A stretch of 64,000 nucleotides of DNA from Lepidodermella squamata (GCA_047495785.1 JBLDXI010000050.1:372001-436000); one strand, 5' to 3'. Counted from the first letter of the stretch, positions 23,831 through 37,686 are shown. Notes: generated from the letters alone by a model not told the origin. Numbers and translations are program-made.

Positions 23831-25319
23831 GCTAATCGTTGGAGTCATTATCATCGTATCATCATCATTTGTATTCGTAAATTGATATTTCCAGGATTAG
23901 AAGGGCCGGCTACTTACACTAATCCAATTGGTTATAAAGTTCTAGCGTGCCATAGACAATGATGGTACAGATCGGACACTCACGCGCTTCGCATGCGTGG
24001 ATCGGCCATTATAAATCCGGCCGAAAAGTCGTTGTTCTCCTAAATTCTTGAAAAAAATATCGAAAAATCGGGCATTTTTTACGGTAATAATGATCCAAGT
24101 CCCGTAGTGCGGTTCGATTTCGTTGCCGAGAAAATCAATATCGAAAAATCGATTACTCACACTCTGTATTGTTGTGTTGCGTCATCGCGTGCCATGCTCG
24201 CTCAATAAAAATAAGCATTCGAAAAACGTAAAGTTGTTGTGTGCATGTGTCATTAAAGTCAGCACTTCAGAGGAAATTTTTAAGGAGGATTTCTTGAAAT
24301 CTATTTCCTACCAATTGTATGATGGCGACGATAGCAGCCAAAAGGTGAGTGATGATCCTCCTTAAATTGTGCTCATTTTTATTTTTTTTTCCAAAATATT
24401 GAAACCGATAAAAATATTTAGTATAGGCTGCAAAATTGTGAAAGAAATTTAAAGTAGGTTTTATTATAAATCTATGAAACAAAATCTCATTTATTGGAAA
24501 ATAATTCGAAAATTAATTTAATTCAATTTAAAATTTAAAAATTGATTTTTCCATAATTTTTTTGAATTTTTCGATATTTTTTATTCAGACCAAGGTTGAT
24601 TTTGCCTCGATAATTGAGACTTGAATTATATGGAGATTTGTTCTTAACAACCTTATTTTCTTCTTGGTTGCTGAGCTTCATGATTTAACTGAATGGGACG
24701 AAATTGAAGCTGAAGACGAGTTACCGCAAAGAGGAATGGAGTACGAAGAAACGCTCCCCCTAATTGGGGAAGAAATTATTGTCAACATTCAACATTGGTG
24801 GATTTTGCGTCAAATAACTTTTAACTGACAAGCTGAAATGCCCCGGCTGTATCGATTCCCTGACACGCGATTTCCTTCTGACTCCATGCCGTGTGATAAA
24901 GGGCTTCAGTTTCCGAAAACAAGACGGGAAATTACCGTAACGGGTCCTAACTTTGGACAAAACACCTTTTTTTAATTTAAAAAAATTGGGATTTCGTCTA
25001 AAAAAATGAAAAAAAATAGCCAAACCTCCGCCCAAGGAAGCTGTGTGGACAGGTGAAGTTTGGAAAATTTAGAAGCTCACCTTGATTTTAAAAAAATAGG
25101 TTAAGAAACCTCTAAATTTGGACACTCGTTCCCAAATTTGGACACCTCATTTGCATATGCTAATTCGACCTTACACACATTTTATTTCTTGTTGCGCAAT
25201 TTTTCTCGTGTTTTTAAAGGCGACTTTTGTAGCTTGAGACTAAAATAATGCTACCGATAGGATTCACTCATTGTCAGATTTAATGGAGATGTACGCAATA
25301 CCAATTATACACCAGGCTC

Positions 25320-26350
25320 TTACGCCACAGCTGAAGTCAGCCCGACGCATTTTATCAGTTTAGTTTTCATTTCATCTTTTTCAGTCTCAAACGCAAGTTA
25401 CTTCCTTTTTCTAACCTTGAAGTTATTTAAAACTTATATAATTAGTCTGCACTTTATATTTTTGTAATAGTACCGGTGCCCGGCAAACAGCCGTCAATGT
25501 GGTCTAGCTAGCTCACCTTCTAACGCCAATCGACTGCGGTAGCTGCGACGCTTTAAACGTAATTTTTTACTATTTTCGAAAAAATCTTGAAATATGATTT
25601 TATTAAACTTTTTTCTCAAGCCTTACAAAATTATGCAATTTGCTTAATATTTTTAGAGCAATGAGCCAGGATGACTGTGACTTCAGCGCCCGATTTGTCA
25701 CTAAATTCAAACTCTAAATCGAGGCAAGTTATTCCCAAGAAATTGCGGTTCAGGAAAAATTGAAGTTTAATTTTTAAATTCAATTTAGTCGAATAAATTA
25801 ATAATCTAATATTTTTTGGAAATTTATAGGTCGATCGTTCGATGGCAATCCTGTGTCAATCACTGCCAATGTCAATGGCTCTCAGCTGTCATCGCTTTCA
25901 ACTGTGATCGGCTTCAGGATGGCTTTGAAAATGTGCGAGATGAACATTTTTAAACTAATTACATCCGATAATTTACTCTATCGTGATTATTTGAATTTTA
26001 CCTTGAATTAAAATTGCTAGTATAAAATGCGGATAACTGAGTTCTGACTTGAGTAACAAGAGGAATCAAGTGACATGAAGCCGGGTAGTTGCATTACAGG
26101 ATTGTAGTCTATTTGAATGAAGAGCAAAGGTGATATGAGCAAAGGTGGTTTTGGCCTAATTTTTAACTCCGAGAGCAGTTTCGCCGAAAGTTTCATCTAT
26201 CTGTTTGGCCGAAATTTGGTTATTTCAGCAAAGGATTTAGCTGAAATTTTGGCGGAGAATGTTTTTCGCCGATATTTTGGTCGAAGTGTTTCGCCTATTT
26301 GCTCAGACGGAAATTCGCGAGACCAAATGGGCGTTTTGGCCATATCTACG
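25320..26350 (+). repeat. Dispersed ~1-kb spliced-looking repeat unit, copy 1
   Basis: Collinear with 45210-46250; related segments at ~27420-27603 + 28916-29820 and, inverted, ~32345-32870. Confidence 0.65.
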
Positions 26351-27603
26351 GCCAAATTGATTTGACGAAGCATTTTGTCAATGATTAGGTGGAAATTTGG
26401 CGTCAAATTTTGGCCTACTCATTTTGACGAGTTTCGGCCATTGTTTCACCTAATATTTTCGCCTATAATTTATTTTCCACTCGTTGGACCTAAAGTTCTG
26501 CGAAATATCTGACTGAAACTGATTTGCGATTTTTTAGTCGAGGGATTCTGGCCGAAGTCAGTTTGGTCTAAAGTAATTTGCCATTCAATCAGCGAAGTTC
26601 CGATCCGCAATAGACTGAAGGTTTTGGCATAAATCGCTTGAATAATCAACCAAGAATTACGCAGCTTCCTGTCTGATGAAACGCAACCTGGCTTGAATCA
26701 ATCAAGGCCATAAGCAAGTGATGATTTCCGTTTTTCAAGTCTTTATTATCCATTTGAAAGCTTCAGAATCTGTCTCTGTGACCTCGCCGGAATTATTTGT
26801 TACATTATTTGTTATTTTCTTAGGCATCATACAGGTTTTTTCCGGTTCAGATTTGGTACAAGATATTTACGCATTGGACGACACGAAAGTGATTTTTCGA
26901 ATGAGAAATTTTATTCGTAATTGTGAGAAATCCTATTAAGTAATAAAATGTTTCATAAAATCAGCTCGAAAGCCGATGAGGCTTTGGATGAGATTATTCG
27001 GATGGTTTATTACTGCATTTATTTCAGCAAGATTAACGTTGCTTCCGACCTATTTTTTAGCTGAAGAATCGCAAATCCACATTTTACGGTGGATCTTTGA
27101 TAAGGTAACCATTAACCATAAAAAACGACTGGTTGGATCTGGAGTTCTGGCATTAAACAAACTTCACTCTTACTATTTTTAGCCGTATCAAATAACATTA
27201 ATTCCCGGGCCTTAATAGTTTGCAGTTCAATAATGCAATTTTACCTAAATGCTGGCTATCCCAAGAAAATCCGGATATTGATTCAAAATGATCGGGATAT
27301 GAATTCGAAAAGATAATTGATAATCCTGATGAAGGAATCTAAGGAATAGTGATGCGGTATTTCCTAGTTTTACCTAGTAAAAGTGCCCAGAAATCTAATC
27401 AGCAGAGCAAATTCAAGTGCAGATCTTAAAAACAACACAGTAAAAATCGAAATAAAATAAATGAGGATGAAAAAATACGTAATGAGACACGCCCTCGTTC
27501 CACACCATTGTTATGCAACTCTAAGCTGTGTTGCGCCACAGCTAATCTCAGCTTGTCGCATTTTACTGGTTTAGTTTTCATTTGAACTTTTTTCAGTCTC
27601 AAG

Positions 27604-28912
27604 CGTCGTTTTTACACGACGGAGGGGTACGGAGGCATTCGTTAATTACATCTGTTGCTATCATCTATTTAACGGCTCTGTTGAGACAAATTTTGATTAC
27701 GCAACTAAAGAGTTTCAGAAAATTGAATTTTGATTTTTTCCGAAGCGTCAAGAAAGCAATTTCAAAAAGAAATTTCAAAAATATATTTTCTTCTTAGTTG
27801 GTACTTCAAAGTTATTTTTACTAATAGCCTCAATTATTATTCGAATATTTCGACATGTTGAATTTTTTCAATAATTGAGTTTTTGATCAAATTTACAAAT
27901 TTTGCCATTTGCCAGTCGGAAATTTGATCAGCAAAAGAATATTCGGCCGAATTCGGCTATATCAACCCGAACGTCGAAAATTGTTTAAAATTGCTTCAGC
28001 TGATTTAGATAGCCATCGATTGAGAATTTCGTCCTATTGTAACTCCGGGACGTGTTTATAATTTCCTAAAATTATTTCTAATTTGCGCAAACTATTTTTA
28101 ATTTTGCAAGTTTTTGGACGCAATTTCGGAAAAAATTCAAAGAGAATATTTGATTCTTCATCCGCGCTTTTTACCGAATAAATTAAAAAATTTAGCGAAG
28201 ATAACCCGGAAAACTCCGATTTTAACTGTTTACGGTAATTTTGACTAATGTATTTTACCCGGTTGGATCATTTTAATCTAAATTATTGTCAACTCATTGA
28301 CAAGTGACATACTTGCTTACTATTCTCATGACATTTTGAATTTTTCTAAGATTTTTCTGCCCATGCGATATGAATTTACCTCGCATTTTAGATATTCGTC
28401 AACTATTTATCCCTGTTTTTTTATGTTTGATTATGGCTTTTAGTACACGGTTCATTACCTATAGGGTGTTTAATCGCCCCCAATTTCAAATAAATATGAA
28501 AAGCGAAAACATTGCCGCGGCCTTCAAGTATAGCATTACGTGACTCATATTGACGGTAAATACAAATTTTGATCACATTTGACAGTCAAAATATTCTTTA
28601 CTTCGGTGACATTCAAAAAATGATTTTTTGTTTTTCCATGGCTTAAATTTCGAGGGCCATAACCACGAAAATTGATTTTCAGGTGGCTTAAGTTGATGCA
28701 AACCCAGCCTAACAATGCTTTTATGTTCTATCGACTGATTTTTCCCTGAAAACATAACGGCGGAATTTTAATGCCGAAAACAAATTTAAAATTTAAAATT
28801 CGCTTTTTCGTGAAAGCTCAGTTGCGTAATCAAAACAGAGCCTCGAAATAGGGGTGGCAACTGATGGCATTAACGAACGCCTCCGTAACCCTCCGCTAGT
28901 GTAAAAACGACG
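27604..28912. mobile_element. Non-autonomous TIR element with ~130-bp imperfect TIRs
   Basis: cgtcgtttttacac...gtgtaaaaacgacg; AAG on both sides; interrupts a sequence that is contiguous in the paralogs at ~25385 and ~45255. Confidence 0.7.
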
Positions 28913-29832
28913 AAGAGCAAGTTATTTCTTCCCCTTAAACTGAAAATGAATAACAACTTTAATCATTTGTACTCTATATGAAGCGACACCGGTGGCCGGC
29001 AACCCGCCGCCCGTCAATGCGATATGGCCAGCGCTCCATTTCGACAGAGAAAATGAGGTCTTTTGTAATTTAGATTTTAATGCCTATTAAAAGTCTTAAA
29101 CGTCAAAATATAATATTTTTTGTTCTAAATGTTTACAGGTCGAATTGACTACACCGTGATAACAGTGAGTTCAACACCTGGCTATGGTGGCAAAATTCAA
29201 ATTTCAATCAGAGTTCTCTAATATTTCCTTTGAAATTTCATATAGATCGATTGCTTGATGATGGCAACGATACTACTACAAGTCTACTGCTGGCAAAGCG
29301 GGCTGGCTCTCTCGGCTTCAACTCGGCTATTAAACTTCTGATCGGCTCCGGGTCGGCAGCTCGAATAATTTAAAACATATTTTTCGAGATTTTATATTCG
29401 ATTTTACCCGGCATTTTTTGATCATACCTAAGTTGTATAACTTGAAAATTCGCAATGCTATGCTGCGGGGAAAAATGAAGATTTTTCATCCCCTTATCTT
29501 TTGCATACCCGGATTTCCCGTAGACGGAAAATAAAAGGACGCCAAATCGGGGTTTCACTGTATTTTGGTCAATTTTTAACCCAGGTCGCAGTTTTGCTGA
29601 AATTCTCATCAATATTTTGTCGAACATTTGGTCATTTCGACGACACGTTTAGCTGAAAAATTTGGCCGAGAGAATTTATGGCCAAAGTTGGGTCGACACG
29701 TTTCGTCTATTTGGGGGTATCAAATAAGATGACCAAATGAAACGGCCGAGATTTTGGTCTTATATTTCCGTCTGGGTGGGGGTATCAGAAAGATGAGCCA
29801 AATTCTAGGCCGAGATTATCGCGGTAACACAG

Positions 29833-30875
29833 GGACCATACTTTTAACTACATTAAATTCACTTCTTTTCCCATTAAATTCCTTCTTTTTACATTTAAAA
29901 CTTTTTCTGCCATTATCCACTCTTTTTTCAAATTATAAATACTCTTTTTTCCATTAAATTCAAATTAAATCCGGGTGTCTCGAAAAAAATATTTTTGAAA
30001 TCGCCATCGTCTTCTCAGTCGGAATAGCCCTGGTTTTTCCTCATAAGCCAGTTAGCTGTTGATGCTAGCTTAAAATCTTCATCGGGACCAGATGATTGCA
30101 GGTAATCCAGGTCTTTCTTAACTCGAGCATACAACTTGGGACGGCTTCGGCTGCGCCACCACTCCTCTGCGTTCTTATTAACGTGAAATGCACCACTAGA
30201 CGGCGAGCGTGGGGAAACACTTTCCTTGCTGCTTTTGTAATGACCTTCGAACTATCTCCCGTCATGATTCGCTTGTAAGCTCGATGATCTTCGTGGCTGG
30301 AAACTGACATGAGCACTGTGTGAAAACGGTTCTCGGCATCAGAAATCCCTAGAAGCATTAGGACACCCAGTCAGGGTTTCTCAATAACTTGCACGTCGCA
30401 TCCACCTGTTGTTTCCGAAGACAATTTTCATTTTCTATTTTTACTCACTTGAGTTGCACCTTTCTCGGCTTCGTCAAGCTTTCTGAGAAGCCTGGCTGAA
30501 TTAAGCTTTACTAAGAGAGCCGTATCCCAGTCATGCTGAAAGCGAGATGCCTCTTCGTAAACAACCGCCGTACCTCGACCTGCTCTAACCTGCTCACAGA
30601 GGAACTGCTCAGGCCCTACGCTAGAAACGACTGTAGAAGGGCTCGAGAATAAACGCTCGAGAATAAATAACCGACCAGGGCATATTCCGACTCAGAAGAC
30701 GATGGCGATTTCAAAAATATTTTTTTCGAGACACCCGGATTAAATTTGAATTTAATGGAAAAAGAGTGTTTATAATGTGAAAAAGAGTGGATAATGGCAG
30801 AAAAAAGTTTTAATGTAAAAAAGAAGGAATTTGATGGGAAAAGAAGTGGATATAATGTCGAATAAAGTATATTTC
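29833..30875 (-). mobile_element. MULE/Mutator internal-deletion derivative
   Basis: ~195-bp TIRs (~29838-30032, ~30675-30870), TSD taacacag (29825-29832, 30876-30883), transposase remnant at 30065-30358 (GDSSKVITKAARKVFPHARRLV..H). Confidence 0.85.
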
Positions 30876-31548
30876 TAACACAGCTGTGTGTTGCACAACA
30901 ATGGCGGGTCGAGTCTCATTTCGACTTTTTCACGGTCATTTCATTTTATTTTGTTACTCTGCTACTGGTTTTTGAAGATCTGCATGTGATAGCATATGTG
31001 ATAGAGCCGTTGGAATAATTTCTCAATTAACCCTGAAAACACATTAGTTTGCGGAGGTTTCCATTCTCTATATAATATTCATCGGAACAACACATTTTCA
31101 GAACTAGTATTTCTAGAACTTTTTAAAAAAATTAAAATTAAAATTTTAAAATTTTCTAAATTTTAAGAAAAATTATCGAACATTTCCAAAAAAATTGTTC
31201 TCTTTAGCAAAAATTATCGAAAATTCAAATAAATACATGAAATAGAATATCGAATTGAACCTGAAACCAGCTTAGATGATACGGAAATAAAATATAATTA
31301 AAAATAATTGCGGTTTAGTCACAAAGAAAGGTTCCGGAGCTTGGAGATGGCTGATGAAGGCTATTAACAACGGAAATCGTAGCCAGATTATTAAGATAGA
31401 TTCTCTGAATTGATATCTGGCCAGGCTGTATTCTGTTTAAAGGCTGCGTAATTTTAAGTTGACCACTCAACCCATTTTGGCCGGAACCTTGAGTGTATTG
31501 CGATCGGCAATTTTTTGAGTGAATGGTAAATTATTTTGGAACAAACTT

Positions 31549-32336
31549 CCCAGATAAAAATCCGTCCGCCCAAATGCACGTTTTGGCCAAATCTTCGGTT
31601 AAATTTCTTGTTGAAGGGAATCAACAATAATCATGTGGAATTTTGGCGCCATTTTTCACCGACCTCATTTTCAGTAAATTCAACCATCGTTTTATCAGCA
31701 ATTTTAGACAAAAATCGAGTTTGCACCTGTTGGCTAAAAAATTGCGAGAATTATTTGGCTGAAGCAGCTTCGCGAAGAATTTGCCGATTAATTTGGGCGA
31801 AATACGTCCAAAATAATTTACCATTCACTCAAAAAATTGCCGATCGCAATACACTGAAAGTTTCGGCCAAAATAGCTGGAGTGGTCAACTCTAAAATTAC
31901 ACAGCTTTTAAATAGAATATAGCCTGGCCAGAATCAATTCAGAGAATCTACCGTAATTATCCGGCTATGATTTCCGTTGTTAATAGCCTTCATCAGCCAT
32001 CTCCCAGCTCCGGAACCTTTCTTTTCGACTTTACTGGAATTATTTTGAATTATTATTATAAGCTGTTATTCAGGTTCAATTCGATATTCGCAATTTGCTA
32101 TTTGCTATTTGCAATGAAGAGCGCATTTATCAAACAGCAGCAGCTTCGTGGATGGATGGATGCGAGATTTCGATCTCGATTTGAAAAAATTAACTTGAAA
32201 TAAAAAAATAAAAAATTGAGCTCTTCATGTGCATTTGTATTTGAATTTTCGATAATTTTTCGGGATATTTGAATTTGAATTTTTCGATAATTTCAGAGAA
32301 CACATTTTTTCGGGAATTTAATTGTTCTTAAAATTT
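31549..32336 (+). repeat. Arm 1 of a ~788-bp near-identical inverted duplication (partner 38981-39768)
   Basis: Mirror-image identical ORFs (31967-32203 vs 39114-39350; 31621-31824 vs 39493-39696). Confidence 0.9.
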
Positions 32337-33025
32337 AGAAAAATTTACCGCGATAATCTCGGCCTAAAATTTGGCTCATCTTTCTGATACCCCCAAATAG
32401 GCGAAACACATCGACCAAATATCGGCGAAAAACATTCTCGGCCAAAATTTCAGCTAAATCTTTTGCTGAAATCACCAAATTTCGGCCAAACAGATTGACA
32501 AGACTTTCGGCGAAACTGCTTTCCGGGTTAAAAATTAGACCAAAGCCACTTGGTCATATCATCTTTGCTCTTCATTCAAATAAGACTACGAACCTGTAAT
32601 ACAACTGCTCGGCTTCATGACACCCGATTCCTCAAGTCAGAACTCAGATATTCGCGTTTTGTTCCAGCAATTTTTATTCAAGGTAAAATTCAGATAATCA
32701 CGATAGAGTAAATTATCGGATGTAACAAGCTTAAAATTTTTCGGGAAGCAAATTTTTGAAGCCTTCCTGAAGCTGATCAGAGTTGAATAGCCATGAGAGC
32801 GGCCATTAGAATTGGCAGCAATGATTGCCACGGAATGAATAGCCATCAAACGATCGATCCATAAATTCAAAAAATATAATTAGATCAATAATTACGTGAT
32901 GGAAGTTGGCGAACCCTTTTTGAAAAAACCTTAGCGAACCATAGCTAACTCGGTCCAAAAGTTTGTGTCACTCGATATTGTTCTTGTGTTAGACTCAACA
33001 CATCTAATGAGATAGGCCGCAAGAT

Positions 33026-33385
33026 GGTCGGCCATACCCAGACCTGGTCGGCTGGGGGTGGTCAGCCAACTTCCATTTTCAGGCCAAAAATGGAAGTTGG
33101 CCGACCACATTTAGCTTACAATTTATTAAAACTTCAGCGAACCATAGTAAAACGGGGCCAATTGTTTGTGTCACTCGATATTCCTCATATACAAGTCCTG
33201 ACACATTTAATGGTATCAAGTATAGATTGGTCGGCCACACCCAGACCTGGTCGGCTGAAGTTGGTCGGCTAACTTCCATTTTCAGGGCCAAAATGGAAGT
33301 TAGCCGACCAATTTTAGCCGACAGCTGTGTCAATGAATTCTTTGGATGTGTCAAGTCACCACCTTTCAGAAAATATATTGTGTCA
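33026..33385 (+). repeat. Arm 1 of a 360-bp identical inverted repeat (partner 36647-37006)
   Basis: Identical 91-aa mirror ORFs 33079-33354 and 36678-36953; built from ~200-bp units rich in ggtcggc/gccgacc; a diverged unit extends left to ~32900. Confidence 0.9.
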
Positions 33386-33510
33386 GGGTTGAATTGGGAT
33401 AAGATCCATTAAACATTTATTCGATTGTAAGCCAACTCCTCGGCAACGTATTTCACACTCTTCCAACGACGCTATAATCACAATCGACACTTGTGGACAC
33501 TTTTGGAAAA

Positions 33511-34020
33511 TTATTTTTTCATTGATACGACCGGCTCGTAGTGATTCCCACTAAGACGTAGGTAGATGGAGCGGCCATCGTTAGCTGCCGATGCAGCGGA
33601 TATACCATCAAGCCAGTTGGGCTGGCTCGAGGGACCAAGGCGCTTCCACGCCCACAGTTCGTTGGAAGTGGAGGCAGCGGTTTCATTGCCATAGATAAAT
33701 ATTGGCACCGCGAAAATGTCGGAGATGGCCTGGAGCTCGATGTACCGGCCGTACGTTGTCGGAAGCCGCATCTCCTTCTGCTCCACCCATAGACCGCCGT
33801 TGTTGGCATATTTAGGCTTAAGTAGCGGCGAACCTTCGCGAACAACGTGGTCGCAAACAAAGTCGCAAACGTGGTCTGCAGAGATTACATGGTTCATAAT
33901 GATTGAAAAGCAAGTCGTAATGACTTGAAACGTACAACTTCCCAAATCTTCCATTGCGGGTAGAAGAATGCCCCTAGATTTAAATGGCTCCAATGAGTTT
34001 AGAGCCTCAGACGCCTTCAT
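33511..34020 (-). pseudogene. OTU-family cysteine protease (deubiquitinase-like) domain, 5' side abuts a LINE tail
   Basis: EDLGSCTF (cf. GDGNCLF), TYGRYIELQAISDIFAVPIFIY (cf. WG..IEL.A.S), IYLRLSGNHYEPV. Confidence 0.7.
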
Positions 34021-34029
34021 ATCTTCTTG

Positions 34030-36570
34030 ATTTTTATTTATTTATTTATTTATTTATTTAAAACTGCAGATTCGCGTTGCGCGTGTACACAGTGATTTGT
34101 TTTTATATACAGTTTTCAAATATTTACAGGCGTCTCACCGTCGACACACAAGTTTTTACAATTTCAGGCAACAAGTTTTGTAAAATATAATTTTTAAAAA
34201 CAGTAATTGAACGCGAGTTAATTATGCATTCTGGTACCTTATTCCATACTTTGTTAATTCTGTTGCCAATACAAAATCTTCGGGGATCGGAGCGACATTT
34301 AGAAGGAACTATGCAGTGTTTCGCCTTTCTAGTGTTAGTAGAATTTTCGAACAAAGATGAAAAAGAGACATCAACAAAATTGTGGTAAGCTTTGAAACAA
34401 AACAACAAATCACGTAAAATTCTACGATGTTCTAATCGTAGTGTACCAGAGTGTTTGCACGCATCATCGTAGCTCAAGGTTGGAAACACAGCTTTAAGAA
34501 ATCTTTCTTGTATTTTTTCCAAATTGTCGATCGTTGTGAGAAAATAGGGGCTATACACAGTGGAACAGTAGTCCAGAATCGGTAAAACATAAGTTTTAAA
34601 AGCCATTATTTTTAATCGATTGCATCTGAAACTCTTCAAAATAGCAGAGCATAGACTTGAGCACCGGTTCATAAGTGTAGCACAATGTTGCGTGAAGCTT
34701 AGATCCTTATCAAAAACAACGCCTAGGTCTTTAGTAGACTGTACAACGCGAATAGGTATCTTATTTATAGTATAGTCTGTCGAGATTTCATTGCTTGCTC
34801 CGATTCTCATTACACAACATTTTTCACAATTTATATCGAGACCATTTTCATTAAAACAAGAAATGACGTTGTCGAGATCTTTTTGCAAAACACATTTGTC
34901 TTCAGTTTTCACAATCGGTCTGAACACTTTGTTGTCATCAGCAAAAAAAAATAAGGGAGACTCGACTTTTGTGTCGATATCGATAGCTATAAGAAATATA
35001 ATAAAAAGAAGCGGTCCAAGAACTGAGCCCTGAGGCACACCTGAGTTCACATTTCTCCAACCTGACATACTGTTACCTATTTTAGTTCGGAACTTGCGGT
35101 CTAAGAGGTACGACTTTAGCCACGCGAGTAAGTTTCCGCATATGTTGAAGCTCTTAAGAGCACTTATTAGCTTGAAAATAGGAACAGAGTCGAAGGCTTT
35201 CGCCAAATCAAGGTAAATTATGTCTACGGGTATATTATTGTCTCGGTAGAACGTGAATTTATTGAGACAGATTAAGAGCAATAGTTCAACATTTCGCTTT
35301 TCCAGGAAGCCGAACTGGTTAGGCGGTATCACATTATTTCTTTTCAGATACTCAGTAAGAATATTTTTTATAATTTTTTCTTGCAATTTGCAGATGTTAC
35401 TGGTAAGACTGATAGGCCGGTAATTTTTAGCTTCCAGCCGAGATCCGCTTTTCTTGTAGATAGGAATAACATCTGCCACCTTCCAAACGTCAGGTAGCTG
35501 ACCTGAGAGCATAGAAGAGTTGAAGATGATAGAAAGAGGTACAGAGAGAGAAGTAGCGAGATTTTTAAGTAAAAATTGAGGCAGATTGTCAGGGCCACCG
35601 CCAAATTTTGGCTTCAAGTTGGAGAGATACAGAGATACAGTATATTCGTCGAACTGAATGTGTTGTAGGCAGTCATTTGTAATCTTGTTATTATAACTGG
35701 TCCCCTCCGTAGATAAAGGCCTAAAATTCGCAGAGAAAGTGTCGGCAAAAAGCTCAGCCTTGTCTAAATCGCTAACGACAATTTTTTCTTTCGATTTCAT
35801 CGCTGAGGGCACAGACGATTTGTTTTCTTTCAAGAAATTTGATACAAATTCAAAGATTTTTTTCGCTGAACCATTTTCCAGAAGATCGTTTTCCCTTTGA
35901 TACTGAAATTTTAGCATTTCTTTTTGCTTTCTTTTTTGAAAGAACTTTCCGCCGCTTTGAACTTGTTTCGCGCATCGGCATCATTTAGCTTGTTTTTCAG
36001 ATATTTGCGATACGCTCGCTTCCTTTTATTTTCTAACGAGCTCGCTTTATTTTTGGATTTGCGGCGCCTTCTGGAATTCAGTTTTAAATTCCTGCGCGGA
36101 GAAAATTGAATAATTCCTCTATACATTATATCCAAAAACGCTGAGTAATTTTCGTCTACGCTAGTAGATTTCAGAATTTCCTGCCAGTCATACTTTTGAA
36201 GATATTCTGAAAAAGCAAAGAAGTCAGTGTTTCTGATATCAAAAACGCCATTGATGTCGTTTGAGACGGAGGGCGGTTTGTTTACAATGTTTAGATTTAT
36301 AATCATTGTATCGTGATCGGTTTTAGGTAAGGGTGTGAGTATGGTGATATTTTCTACAATGTCGCGAGATTTAGTAATGACCAGATCAAGAATGTTTTTC
36401 CCAGCGCGAGTAGGTTTTTCTACATTTTGAACAAGATTATTTTCGATTAGAAAAGCATTAAAATCGATGAAACTTTGTTTGGTATAAAACGTAGAAAAGT
36501 TGTAATCAAATTTCGGGAAATTAAAATCTCCCACAATTATTACAGTTTCGTGAGTATTTACAACACCGAG
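34030..36570 (-). mobile_element. CR1-like LINE, 5'-truncated within the endonuclease; ORF2 otherwise near-intact
   Basis: APE motifs GDFN, PTR..NILDLV, TDHD; RT motifs NYRPISLTS, DLAKAFD, GVPQGSVLGP, FADD; one frameshift in an A-run at ~35915-35925; (TAAA)n tail at 34030-34060. Confidence 0.92.
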
Positions 36571-36646
36571 AAGAAGTGCTCAAGCACAATGTATACATTT
36601 TTACAATCACCAAGTAATGGCTTCTCAGGGAATGTTACCTTCCCTA

Positions 36647-37006
36647 TGACACAATATATTTTCTGAAAGGTGGTGACTTGACACATCCAAAGAATTCATT
36701 GACACAGCTGTCGGCTAAAATTGGTCGGCTAACTTCCATTTTGGCCCTGAAAATGGAAGTTAGCCGACCAACTTCAGCCGACCAGGTCTGGGTGTGGCCG
36801 ACCAATCTATACTTGATACCATTAAATGTGTCAGGACTTGTATATGAGGAATATCGAGTGACACAAACAATTGGCCCCGTTTTACTATGGTTCGCTGAAG
36901 TTTTAATAAATTGTAAGCTAAATGTGGTCGGCCAACTTCCATTTTTGGCCTGAAAATGGAAGTTGGCTGACCACCCCCAGCCGACCAGGTCTGGGTATGG
37001 CCGACC
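36647..37006 (-). repeat. Arm 2 of the 360-bp inverted repeat
   Basis: Reverse complement of 33026-33385. Confidence 0.9.
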
Positions 37007-37686
37007 TCCCGCTCCAGCCAGCAGATTCCAATGTTGATCTTCCTCCCATTGTCGATCCAGTTTCGAAATCTGGATTCTGGATTGAAGAACTCCTTCTGGC
37101 CAACAGCGATCTCGCAATTCTCCAGGATCCGAAAGGCTGGGTAAATGATCGAATCGTTGATGCCTTCCAGGAGCTGGTTCGCGAAATATTACCACCTGTT
37201 GTTGATGGGCTTCAGACCCCATTGGCGGCCTATACGGTGGAAGGTTTCAAAGCAGCGATAAATCAGGGCGTGCAAATACACCATGAGGGTCAACATTGGT
37301 TCGTAACCTCAACCCTTTCACTTGACAATGAAAACCGCCCGCGCCTAGAGCTGTGGGATAGCATGAGCCGCACCAAAATCGCCGATCATGCGAGGGATCA
37401 GCTCAGCAGCTGTTACGAAGAACTCCGCGATAACATGAACAAATTGACCGTTACAATAATGCCCTCTGATCAGCAGCCCAACGGAAATGATTGTGGGCTG
37501 TATGCCATGGCTAACATGGCCGAGCTAGCTTTCGGCAAAGACCCTTCCAACGTCTCCTATGTCAACGCTGGTAATGCCATGCGGTTGCACGTGATTCAAT
37601 GCTTCGAAGCAAAAGTCCTGTCTCGATTCCCTTCGGTTGTGCGCAGAGGCCGGCGGTCAGCGCCGAAAATTGTACAAATTCGATAA
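36997..37686 (+). CDS. Ulp1/SENP-like (peptidase C48 clan) protease domain, probably transposon-derived
   Basis: GWVNDRIVDA, QIHHEGQHWF, WDSM, QQPNGNDCGLYA: complete His-Asp-Cys triad with oxyanion Gln; AATAAA at ~37777. Confidence 0.8.
   Translation: MADLPLQPADSNVDLPPIVDPVSKSGFWIEELLLANSDLAILQDPKGWVNDRIVDAFQELVREILPPVVDGLQTPLAAYTVEGFKAAINQGVQIHHEGQHWFVTSTLSLDNENRPRLELWDSMSRTKIADHARDQLSSCYEELRDNMNKLTVTIMPSDQQPNGNDCGLYAMANMAELAFGKDPSNVSYVNAGNAMRLHVIQCFEAKVLSRFPSVVRRGRRSAPKIVQIR

Noticed and set aside
24250-24762. Two exon-like blocks encoding an acidic peptide
   Set aside because: Spliced frame hits an early stop and has no recognisable homology.
31150-32336. Apparent large foldback element
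   Set aside because: Better explained by a recent inverted copy of 38981-39768 lying next to an older paralog (30884-31540); no TSD.
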